Source of the DNA: an uncultured Prevotellaceae bacterium
GTDB lineage: Bacteria > Bacteroidota > Bacteroidia > Bacteroidales > Bacteroidaceae
Length of the DNA stretch: 45,354 bases
Direction of reading: 5' to 3'
NCBI GenBank assembly: GCA_900321445.1
Contig: ONWB01000016.1
Coordinates: 1-45,354 of the forward strand
The translations under genes were made by a program, and so were the position numbers. Below are positions 18,039-27,188 of the stretch, piece by piece; position 1 is the first letter of the stretch, and every line of letters starts with the position of its first letter. The notes beneath the pieces are model-generated. The model did not search any database. It was not told the origin of the DNA and was given only the letters and a program-made list of their open reading frames with translations.

Positions 18039-20195
18039 TTACTCCTCCTCCTGCTGCTTTGCGAAGTCGTCGATGAGCTTCTTCTGCAGGTCTGTGGGCA
18101 TGAGCTCGTAGCTTGCGAATTTCATGACGAAGCTTGCGCGTCCGCCGGTAAGGCTTGAGAGCGTCGTGCTGTAGGAGGCGAGTTCCTTGAGGGGCACCTT
18201 GGCGTTGAGCTTCTGGTAGCCTGCTTCGCTGTCCATGCCGATGATCATGCCGCGGCGGTTCTGGAGGTCGCTCATCACGTCGCCCATGGAGTCTGCGGGG
18301 CAGAAGACCTCGACGTCGTAGATGGGCTCGAGCACCTTAGGACCAGCCTCGCGGAATGCCTGGCTGAAGGCGTTGCGTCCTGCGAGCATGAAGGAGATTT
18401 CGTTGGAGTCAACGGGGTGCATCTTTCCGTCGTAAACGACTACTCGTACGTCGCGGGCGTAGCTGCCTGTGAGGGGACCCTGCTCCATGCGGCTCATGAT
18501 ACCCTTGAGGATGGCGGGCATGAATCGTGCGTCGATGGCGCCGCCGACAACGCTGTTGATGAATACGAGCTTGCCGCCCCATTCGAGGTCGATCTCCTCG
18601 CGTCCCTTCTGGTTGACGCGGATTTCCTGTCCTCCGAAGCGGTAAACCTGCGGGTCTTCCATGCCTTCCTGATACGGCTCCACGATGAGGTGTACTTCGC
18701 CGAACTGTCCTGCGCCGCCGGACTGCTTCTTGTGGCGGTAGTCGGCACGTGCGGACTTCGTGATGGTCTCGCGATAGGGGATGCGCTGTTCCTGGAATTC
18801 TACGGGAATCTTGTCGAGGTTCTCAAGACGCCACTTGAGCGTGCGGAGGTGGAACTCGCCCTGTCCGTAAACGAGGATTTGGCGCAGTTCCTTGGACTGT
18901 TCGACAACCCATGTCGGGTCTTCCTGACGCATGCGCGAGAGTGCTGCCATCATCTTCTCGGTGTCGCTTTCGCTGACAGGCTTGATGGCGCGTATGTACT
19001 TGGCGTTGGGATACTTAATCCAGTTGAACTTGTTGTCGCAGCCGGCGCCGTTGAGGGTGTTGCCTGTGCGCACGTCCTTGAGCTTCACTGTGCAGCCGAT
19101 GTCGCCTGCGCAGAGCTTCTCGACCTTATCGCGCTTTGCTCCGGAGCATACGAAGAGCTGTGCCATGCGCTCCTTTGAGCCGCGGTCGGCGTTGGCGAGG
19201 TCGTCGCCTTCCTTGACGGTGCCGCTCATGACCTTGAAGTACTGCACTTCGCCGATGTGCGGCTCGATGCCGGTCTTGAAGAAGTATAGGCTTGTGGGGC
19301 CGTTGGGGTCGAGGGGCACTTCCTCGCCGCGTGTGTTGTGGACTGCTGGCATTTCGTCGACGAAGGGCACGACGTTGCCGAGGAATTCCATCATGCGGTC
19401 AACGCCCATGTTCTTGGATGCGCATACGCAGAAAACGGGGAACACGCTGCGTGTCACCATGCCCTTGCGGAGTCCTTCGCGCATCTCGTCCTCGGTGAGT
19501 TGTTCTGTCTCGAAGAATTTCTCCATGAGCGTCTCGTCGTTTTCGGCTGCTGCCTCTACGAGTGCGTGATGGAGCTCGGTTGCGCGGTCGAGTTCGTCGG
19601 CGGGGATGTCCTCAGCCGTGTACTTTCCTCCGTCGGCAGCCCATGTGAGCTTCTTCATCAGGATGACGTCGATGATGCTGTTGAAGTCCGAGCCGGTCTT
19701 GACGGGATACTGTACGGGCACGGCCTTTGCGCCGTAGATGCTCTGGATTTGTTCGAGGATGTTGTGGTAGTCGCACTTCTCGTCGTCGAGCTGGTTGACG
19801 AGGAACATGACGGGCTTTCCGAGCTTCTCGGTGTAGCGGAAGTGGTTCTGCGTGCCTACTTCGGGGCCATACTGTCCGTTGATGAGCAGTACGGCGGTGT
19901 CTGTCACGTTGAGTGCTGTGATGGCTGCTCCTACGAAGTCGTCGCTACCCGGGCAGTCGATGATGTTTAGCTTCTTGCCGTTCCATTCTACGTGGAACAC
20001 CGTGGAGAAGACGCTGTAGCCATAGTCCTGCTCCACGGGGAAATAGTCCGAGACGGTAGTTCCTTGACTGACGCGTCCGCGGCGCTGAATCTGTCCAGCC
20101 TGGAAAAGGAGGGTTTCGGTAAGTGTGGTCTTGCCTGCGCCGTCGTTTCCGAGCAGGGCGATGTTCTTAATACCGTGAGAATCGTAAACTTTCAT
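18039..20195 (-). CDS. fusA2: Elongation factor G paralogue (EF-G2 type)
   Basis: GNDGAGKT, DCPG, NQLD in place of NKxD, HKKQSGGAGQFGEV, insertion in domain IV; not in the str operon. Confidence 0.9.
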   Translation of the reverse strand: MKVYDSHGIKNIALLGNDGAGKTTLTETLLFQAGQIQRRGRVSQGTTVSDYFPVEQDYGYSVFSTVFHVEWNGKKLNIIDCPGSDDFVGAAITALNVTDTAVLLINGQYGPEVGTQNHFRYTEKLGKPVMFLVNQLDDEKCDYHNILEQIQSIYGAKAVPVQYPVKTGSDFNSIIDVILMKKLTWAADGGKYTAEDIPADELDRATELHHALVEAAAENDETLMEKFFETEQLTEDEMREGLRKGMVTRSVFPVFCVCASKNMGVDRMMEFLGNVVPFVDEMPAVHNTRGEEVPLDPNGPTSLYFFKTGIEPHIGEVQYFKVMSGTVKEGDDLANADRGSKERMAQLFVCSGAKRDKVEKLCAGDIGCTVKLKDVRTGNTLNGAGCDNKFNWIKYPNAKYIRAIKPVSESDTEKMMAALSRMRQEDPTWVVEQSKELRQILVYGQGEFHLRTLKWRLENLDKIPVEFQEQRIPYRETITKSARADYRHKKQSGGAGQFGEVHLIVEPYQEGMEDPQVYRFGGQEIRVNQKGREEIDLEWGGKLVFINSVVGGAIDARFMPAILKGIMSRMEQGPLTGSYARDVRVVVYDGKMHPVDSNEISFMLAGRNAFSQAFREAGPKVLEPIYDVEVFCPADSMGDVMSDLQNRRGMIIGMDSEAGYQKLNAKVPLKELASYSTTLSSLTGGRASFVMKFASYELMPTDLQKKLIDDFAKQQEEE

Positions 20196-20251
20196 GGTTG
20201 TGTTAAGGTTTATAAGATTGGTTTATGTGTTCGTTGTTTGCAAATCGGGGC

Positions 20252-20283
20252 GCAAGGTAGTTAAAAGTTTGGTTACTGCCAAA
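20252..20283 (-). promoter_or_regulatory. fusA2 promoter (variant -7 element)
   Basis: TTTG (20283-20280), 20-nt spacer, TACCTTGC (20259-20252). Confidence 0.55.
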
Positions 20284-20411
20284 CGATTCCCGCCACAAAT
20301 GCATGTTTTGTGCCACAAATATCGTGATGCGGCTGTCGTCGCAGCGTTTCCAGGCGTCGAAATGTGCATTTGCGCTTGCCTCGTATTTGTTTGGTGCGTA
20401 GGCTGTGATGT

Positions 20412-20861
20412 CTATTTGTTGATCATCTTCAGGAGCGAGTCGATGGTGTCTTGCAGGTGCACCTTGTCGGTCTGCAGGGCTTTGTTCTGCTCGCGCAGCA
20501 TTTCGAGCTCGCGCTGCATTGCTGCCTTCTCCTCGGCGGCCGCTGCTGTCTGCCCGCTGTTGAGGGTGTTGCCTTGTCCGCCCTGCACGTTGCCTCCGCT
20601 CATGTTGCCCACGACCTGCCCAAAGTCAACGTTGAGGTTCAGCTGTTGCGTAGCACTCACGTTGGGTTCCTCTGTGCTGAGGTGGCACAATGGCACGCGG
20701 AGCAGTGTGCTCAGGCGCTCGACGGTTGCCCAGTTCGGGTTGCCTTCGGCGAAGAGCCTGTACCACGATGCGTGGTTCTGCCATCCCATGCGCTCCATGA
20801 TTTGTTGAACAGACATCCCGCTGTCTTTTAAAGCCTTCTTGAGTGGTTCTGGATTAAACAT
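20412..20861 (-). CDS. XRE/Cro-CI-type HTH regulator with C-terminal coiled coil (ORF open upstream to 21215)
   Basis: LKKALKDSGMSVQQIMERMGW..SWYRLF..GNPNWATVERLSTLLRVPL HTH pattern; TAGTTTTG promoter at 20899-20892 just upstream of ATG 20861. Confidence 0.8.
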   Translation of the reverse strand: MFNPEPLKKALKDSGMSVQQIMERMGWQNHASWYRLFAEGNPNWATVERLSTLLRVPLCHLSTEEPNVSATQQLNLNVDFGQVVGNMSGGNVQGGQGNTLNSGQTAAAAEEKAAMQRELEMLREQNKALQTDKVHLQDTIDSLLKMINK

Positions 20862-21215
20862 GATTAGTTGACATATAATTTTGTTTTTCGGCAAAACTAA
20901 AAAATCTTTTGGGAAAATGCAAGCATCAGGCCAATTATTTTTGATTTGAATGTAAATTTCCTCGATTTCGTTGAGTTTTGCATAGTATTCGACGAAGCCA
21001 ATGAGGTCGAAATTGGACAGAAAAAGGTCCAGCGGGGATACGTCGGGGGCGTCGGGCTCTGTGTCGTCGGGCTCGGGCGCTTCGCTGTTGTTAAGGGCAG
21101 ACTCAGGCTCCTCGGGCTCTGTGTTCTCGAGGTTCTCGTCGCCGTGGTTGTCGTTTTCGGGCTTGTGGTTCGGGGCGGGGTCGTCAGGTGGATATAGGGG
21201 GATTATGTTCTTCAT
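20862..21215 (-). CDS. In-frame acidic Pro/Glu/Asp-rich N-terminal extension of the HTH ORF
   Basis: ATG 21215 has its own promoter (CTTG-20 nt-TACGTTTG at 21288-21281); no stop codon before the HTH domain. Confidence 0.5.
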
Positions 21216-21522
21216 CTCGGTAATGCTTTTAAGGTTGAAATGTGGTTCGCCGATAAGGGCTCCTTCCGCCCTCTCTGATGCAAACGTACGCTATCTGCCG
21301 CTTACTTCCAAGAGAACGTGTCGGTTTTCCTATAGAAAAACCGAAAATTCTTTTCCAGCCCTCGTTTTTGCAAAGTCGAGTGTAGAAATCGCGAACATTC
21401 CCGCTCGCCATCTTGGCCTTCTGGCGTGCCGCGTGCGAGGCTATTCGGACGAGGGGAATGTATCGCGAAATGTTAATTAAAACGAAAAATGATATTCAGA
21501 AGGAAAATTTTTGCATCTTTTC

Positions 21523-21553
21523 TTTGCGTAATAACAAACAATGCGTATATTTG
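21523..21553 (+). promoter_or_regulatory. Divergent promoter for the replication-like gene pair
   Basis: TTTG (21523-21526), 19-nt spacer, TATATTTG (21546-21553). Confidence 0.75.
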
Positions 21554-21597
21554 CAGCGCAAAAACCATTCGTTAAATGTCATGCTGTGCGGAACAAT

Positions 21598-21748
21598 CGT
21601 CGATCGGCGCACCTCGCAACTCTGAGCTGCTTGCCCCTGAATCTCGAGCACGGACCTTTTCGTTTTTTCGACGCAGGAAAACTTGTCGAAGTCCGTGGAA
21701 GTGGTCAGCGAGCAGCGTGCTCAAAATCTCCGCCTGCGCAGCTCGATG
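21598..21748 (-). repeat. Dispersed dyad-symmetric element, copy C (inverted, with 22-nt insertion)
   Basis: 21641-21681 is 39/41 identical to the reverse complement of 11380-11420; the whole 100-bp core aligns without gaps. Confidence 0.9.
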
Positions 21749-21785
21749 ATAGTCCGCCGCCGAACTCAAAAACACCTTCAGAACT

Positions 21786-22493
21786 ATGAAACGTAAATCA
21801 CCATTCACCATGCTTACTGCACAGCAGCTCAGGCAGTTGCGCGAGTTGTTCCGCTCCTTCGGCACCGACTTCTACCGTTCGGCGTGCCAGCTCCTCGATG
21901 TGCAGCCCGCAGACGCACCTTCGCTGGACCTCGAATTCTGCGACGACGAGGCTGAAAAAAGTGGAGAAAGAAAAGCAGAACAGAAAGAAGCCGAGGTTTC
22001 CCCCACACCCCCTTCCTATGAAGAAAGAAAAGAAGAAAAGAAAGACGACAACAACAACGACATAAAAAAAGAAAGGCAAAAGAGATTTCGTAAGCCTACG
22101 GTTCAGGAAGTGGCGGAATATGTCGAGCGTAAGGACTACCACATCAGCGCCGAGCACTTCCACGCCTACTACGAGTCCAACGGCTGGCGCGTAGGCATGG
22201 CGCCGATGAAGGACTGGCGCGCCGCCTGCCGCGTGTGGGAACAGAAGGAGCTCCAGCTTGCCGAGCGTCGTCGAAACTATGCTAAGCATCAGGCAATTAG
22301 CCGCAATCGTACAAAAGAAAAACCCAACCAAACCACAAACAACTATGGACAAGACACTGACTCCGATTTCCGCTCCTACGGGACCTACATGTCCCCCGAC
22401 GAGCGACGCCGCCTTGCCGACGAAGAGGACCAGCGGCGCTATCTCGAAGAGACGCTTCGCGCTGTCGCCATCGCAGCAAGCACTCCAATCTGA
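21786..22493 (+). CDS. Phage/ICE replication-organiser-like protein (partial)
   Basis: KRFRKPTVQEVAEY..AEHFHAYYESNGWRVG..MKDWRAACRVWE resembles the C-terminal domain of Bacteroidota phage replication proteins, after a charged linker. Confidence 0.65.
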   Translation: MKRKSPFTMLTAQQLRQLRELFRSFGTDFYRSACQLLDVQPADAPSLDLEFCDDEAEKSGERKAEQKEAEVSPTPPSYEERKEEKKDDNNNDIKKERQKRFRKPTVQEVAEYVERKDYHISAEHFHAYYESNGWRVGMAPMKDWRAACRVWEQKELQLAERRRNYAKHQAISRNRTKEKPNQTTNNYGQDTDSDFRSYGTYMSPDERRRLADEEDQRRYLEETLRAVAIAASTPI

Positions 22494-23031
22494 AGTCCTC
22501 GCGCGATATCCAACCCTCGAGGACTACCTGCGTGGCGTGAACCCCACGTGCCAGCTTTGGTCGGTGGAGCATCCCGGGCGCGCCATCTTCCACGAAGGCA
22601 GCCCCTCGCTCCGCATGCTCGACATCATCTACGGCGTCGAGGCGTCGAAGGCGTGGCTGGCGGTGCAGTTCGCCGACCTCGCCAACTTCTGCAACTCTCG
22701 TGCCCTGATGACCTCGGCGCGTGTAGCTGAGCTCTCGTCGATTGTCGTCGCAAACTACGGCTATCTGCGCTGTTCCGAGTTCCTGCTTTTCTTCGGATGG
22801 TTCAAGGGCGGTCGCTACGGCCACACCTACGGTCCACTCAGCGCCATGTGCCTGACAGCGGCCATCGCCGAATACGTGCGCGAGCGCAGTTCGCTGATCT
22901 GCCGCTACGAAAACGAAGAGCACCAGCGTCGCGAAAGGCAGAAGCCCAAGCCTGCCTCCAAGCTCCTGACGCGCGACGAGTGGGAGCAGACGGAGGAGTA
23001 CAAGAAGCTGTGGGGGATTGTTGATGATTGA
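22345..23031 (+). CDS. DUF6633-like phage protein
   Basis: PSL..LDIIYG..SKAWL..Q..DL..F and YGYLRCSEFLLFFGWFKGGRYG.TYG pattern; overlaps the upstream gene. Confidence 0.6.
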   Translation: MDKTLTPISAPTGPTCPPTSDAALPTKRTSGAISKRRFALSPSQQALQSEVLARYPTLEDYLRGVNPTCQLWSVEHPGRAIFHEGSPSLRMLDIIYGVEASKAWLAVQFADLANFCNSRALMTSARVAELSSIVVANYGYLRCSEFLLFFGWFKGGRYGHTYGPLSAMCLTAAIAEYVRERSSLICRYENEEHQRRERQKPKPASKLLTRDEWEQTEEYKKLWGIVDD

Positions 23032-23082
23032 CCATTGACCATTGACCATTGAACGTTCAATGGTCAATGTTCAATGTTCAAT
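23027..23082. repeat. Palindromic heptamer array
   Basis: (ATTGACC)3 ATTGAAC | GTTCAAT GGTCAAT GTTCAAT GTTCAAT; dyad centre at 23054/23055. Confidence 0.92.
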
Positions 23083-23132
23083 GGCTCTCGTGAGGCGTTG
23101 TTAAGCGTTTTTTATCTTTTTTAACCGTGCTT

Positions 23133-23165
23133 TTTGCGCACAATCATTCTTTCGTGCTACCTTTG
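23133..23165 (+). promoter_or_regulatory. Promoter of the moxR-bat operon
   Basis: TTTG, 21-nt spacer, TACCTTTG (23158-23165). Confidence 0.7.
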
Positions 23166-23234
23166 CGCCCCGAAAACGCGCACGCTCGCGTATTGCTCGC
23201 GCACGCACGTGCGTACATTATTTAATAATAAGTC

Positions 23235-24233
<999 letters not shown>

Positions 24234-24239
24234 GCGGTG

Positions 24240-26171
24240 ATGCAAACCCAGAATACAACAGACGCGCTTTCCCTTTTGCGCGAAGTAAGGCTCGTCGAGA
24301 TCAAGAGCCGTCGCCTCACCGACGAGACGATGGCCGGCGAGTACCGCAGCGCATTCAAGGGACACGGCATGAGCTTCGCGGAAGTACGCGAATACCATGT
24401 CGGCGACGACGTGCGCTCAATCGACTGGAACGTCACCGCGCGCACCGCGCGCCCCCACGTGAAGCTTTACGAGGAGGAACGCGAGCTGACCGTCATGCTC
24501 CTCATCGACCTCAGCCGCAGCCTCGACGTGGGAACGCGGAAGCGCACGGAGCGACGCCTCGTCAGCGAACTCGCCGCCACGCTCGCCTTCTCGGCATTGA
24601 AGAACGGCGACAAGGTGGGAGCCATATTCTTCACCGACCACGTGGAGAAGTTCATACCTCCTGCCAAGAGCCGGCGCCACGTACTGCGCATCGTCGCCGA
24701 GCTGCTATCCTTCCGTCCCGAAGGACACCGCACGGCCATCGCTCCCGCGCTCGAATACCTCGTACGCGCACTCCGCAAGCGCTGCATAGCCTTCGTCCTC
24801 AGCGACTTCATGGACAACGACGACTATTCGCAGCAGCTCTCCATCGCAGCGCGCAAGCACGACCTACTCGCGCTCCACATCTACGACCCCTTGCAGCAGT
24901 CGCTGCCCGACGTGGGACTACTGCGTGTGCGCGATGCCGAGACAGGGCGCCAGATGCTCCTCGACACCAGTTCGCGACGACAGCGCGAGCAACACATAGC
25001 ATGGTGGACGCAGCATCGTCAGCGCCTGGCTGAACGAATGCAGCGCGCCGGCGTGGACGTGGCCTCCCTGCCCACGCATCAGGATTACGCAGCTCCACTG
25101 CGCCGACTGCTACGTCGCCTCGCCGTCGTGGCTCTCGTACTGCTCTTCCCCTTCTCGCTACATGCGCAGAACGTCGTGGAGGCATCGCTCTCAGGTGCCG
25201 ACATACTCATCGGCGAGCAGGTAGATCTGAAACTCAGCGTGAAGACCGACGCCGCAAACACTGTGCAGTTCCCCGAGTACCCGCCGCAGGGCGAGATGGT
25301 GCCTGGTGTGGAGGTCATACAAGCCTCCGTCGTCGATACGCAGCGTCACAACAACGGACAGCGGCTCGAACTCACGCGCAGCTACACCATCACGAGCTTC
25401 GACAGCGCACTCTACGTCCTGCAGCCTGCCGTCATCATCGGTTCCGACACCATCCAGGCGCGTTCGTCGGTGGGACTAAAGGTGACGTCGGTGCCCGTCG
25501 ATACGCTCCACCCCGAGCAAATGCGCGATGCCTACGGACCTGTAGATGTCGAGTTCGAATGGTCTTGGAACATCCTGCTTATGATCCTCGGCCTCGTCCT
25601 TTCAGCCGCCGTCGGAATAGTGTTCTTCCGTCGTGCACGCCGCATCAAGCCGCGCGTACGCCGCTACGTTTTGCCCGAAGTTCCCACGCCGCGAGCTGCG
25701 GCACAGGGCATCTTCGAACAGCTGCGCGCCGAACAGCCTTCGTCTCCCGACGAGATGAAGCAGCACTACATGCGCATGACGGAAGCCCTGAGGAACTATA
25801 TTGCTGAAACCTACAAGATTAGTGCGCTCGAGATGACGTCGGCAGAAATCACCGACGCTCTCATGAGCTTGCCCGATACCGAGCGCGAAAGCCTGCGCGA
25901 CATCCTCGAGACGGCAGACCTCGTGAAGTTCGCACGCTACGAAGCGTCGCTCCCCGAAGCCGACCGCAACCTCCTGCAGGCTGTGCGATTCGTCGAGGCC
26001 ACCTCGCCTGCACCCACGGAGTCCCGTAAGCCTCGCATCGTCGAGGAAGTGGAAGGCGGCGAGGCCGTACTCCGACGTCGCAGGCGCACCTATGCCATTG
26101 CTGCCCTGTGCGGCGTTGTCGCCCTGGTGATGCTCGTCCTTCTCGGCGTAGAATTATATAATGTGATATGA
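24240..26171 (+). CDS. Fusion of a DUF58 (VWA-like) protein with the following bat-operon membrane protein
   Basis: N-half FAEVREYHVGDDVRSIDWNVTAR (DUF58); internal signal-like segment LAVVALVLLFPFSLHAQ; C-half Ig-like domain, TM and ADLVKFARY. Confidence 0.85.
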   Translation: MQTQNTTDALSLLREVRLVEIKSRRLTDETMAGEYRSAFKGHGMSFAEVREYHVGDDVRSIDWNVTARTARPHVKLYEEERELTVMLLIDLSRSLDVGTRKRTERRLVSELAATLAFSALKNGDKVGAIFFTDHVEKFIPPAKSRRHVLRIVAELLSFRPEGHRTAIAPALEYLVRALRKRCIAFVLSDFMDNDDYSQQLSIAARKHDLLALHIYDPLQQSLPDVGLLRVRDAETGRQMLLDTSSRRQREQHIAWWTQHRQRLAERMQRAGVDVASLPTHQDYAAPLRRLLRRLAVVALVLLFPFSLHAQNVVEASLSGADILIGEQVDLKLSVKTDAANTVQFPEYPPQGEMVPGVEVIQASVVDTQRHNNGQRLELTRSYTITSFDSALYVLQPAVIIGSDTIQARSSVGLKVTSVPVDTLHPEQMRDAYGPVDVEFEWSWNILLMILGLVLSAAVGIVFFRRARRIKPRVRRYVLPEVPTPRAAAQGIFEQLRAEQPSSPDEMKQHYMRMTEALRNYIAETYKISALEMTSAEITDALMSLPDTERESLRDILETADLVKFARYEASLPEADRNLLQAVRFVEATSPAPTESRKPRIVEEVEGGEAVLRRRRRTYAIAALCGVVALVMLVLLGVELYNVI

Positions 26172-27175
26172 CCTTCGCAAATCCTCTATATCTCCTCCTG
26201 CTGCTTTTGCCTCTCGGCATGCTCCTCTGGCACCTGTTCCTCTCCCGTACGCGGGAGCCGCAGTTGCTCGTCGGCAGCGTAGAGGAATTCCTGCCCCATG
26301 TACGTACGTGGCGCACGCGCCTTGCCAACTTGCCGACATACCTGCTTATAGCAGCGGCGGCCCTTGTCGTCGTGTGCCTTGCGCGTCCGCAGACGAGTCG
26401 CAACTACAGCTCGCGCAGCGTGGAGGGCATCGACATCATGCTCGCCATCGACGTTTCCACGTCCATGCAGTACGATGACATCGAGCCTTCGCGCATCGAT
26501 GCCGCACGTGTTGTCGCTACGGAGTTCATCAACAATCGCTCCGACGACAACATCGGCGTTACGCTTTTTGCCGGCGAAGCTTTCACGCTCTGCCCCCTGA
26601 CGACGGACCACGCATCGCTGCTCTCGCTGATAAGCCAGAACGCTAACTGCAACTTGGCAGGCACGGGCATCATCTCCGACGGCACTGCCATCGGCATGGG
26701 CCTCGCCGTGGCTGTCTCGCGCCTCGAAGAAAGCCGTGCACCATCGAAGGTCATCATCCTGCTTACCGACGGTGTCAACAACACAGGACAGATTTCCCCT
26801 CTGCAGGCCGCCGACATGGCGAAGAGCCTCGGAATACGCGTATATACCATCGCCGCCGGCGGAGGTGCCGACGTCGATTTGCCCGTGGCCATACTTCCCA
26901 ACGGCGACATATATTCAACGCAGGTCAAGGAGCCTGAAGACCCCGAAACGCTGCAGAAGATTGCCAGCCAGACGGGAGGCCAATACTTCAAGGCCGACAA
27001 CCGGCGTGCGTTGAGCAGCATCTACGACGACATCGACAAGCTCGAAAAACGACGCCTCGAGGTCTCCGACTCCACGCGCCGCTACGATGCATGGCAGTCC
27101 TTTGGGCTGCTCGCCATCATCCTCGCGCTCTGCGCCCTCATCCTACGATATACATGGCTCCGACGCCTGCCTTAA
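26168..27175 (+). CDS. batA: BatA VWA-domain protein
   Basis: MTFANPLYL N-terminus, LARPQ, MIDAS DVSTS and ILLTDG. Confidence 0.92.
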   Translation: MTFANPLYLLLLLLPLGMLLWHLFLSRTREPQLLVGSVEEFLPHVRTWRTRLANLPTYLLIAAAALVVVCLARPQTSRNYSSRSVEGIDIMLAIDVSTSMQYDDIEPSRIDAARVVATEFINNRSDDNIGVTLFAGEAFTLCPLTTDHASLLSLISQNANCNLAGTGIISDGTAIGMGLAVAVSRLEESRAPSKVIILLTDGVNNTGQISPLQAADMAKSLGIRVYTIAAGGGADVDLPVAILPNGDIYSTQVKEPEDPETLQKIASQTGGQYFKADNRRALSSIYDDIDKLEKRRLEVSDSTRRYDAWQSFGLLAIILALCALILRYTWLRRLP

Positions 27176-27188
27176 AATAAAGAATAGT

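Noticed and set aside
20412-23031. Intact prophage or ICE
   Set aside because: Only 2.6 kb; no integrase, att repeats, structural or conjugation genes
23027-23082. Heptamer array or 21-bp tandem repeats as a CRISPR array
   Set aside because: No unique spacers, units too short and no cas genes
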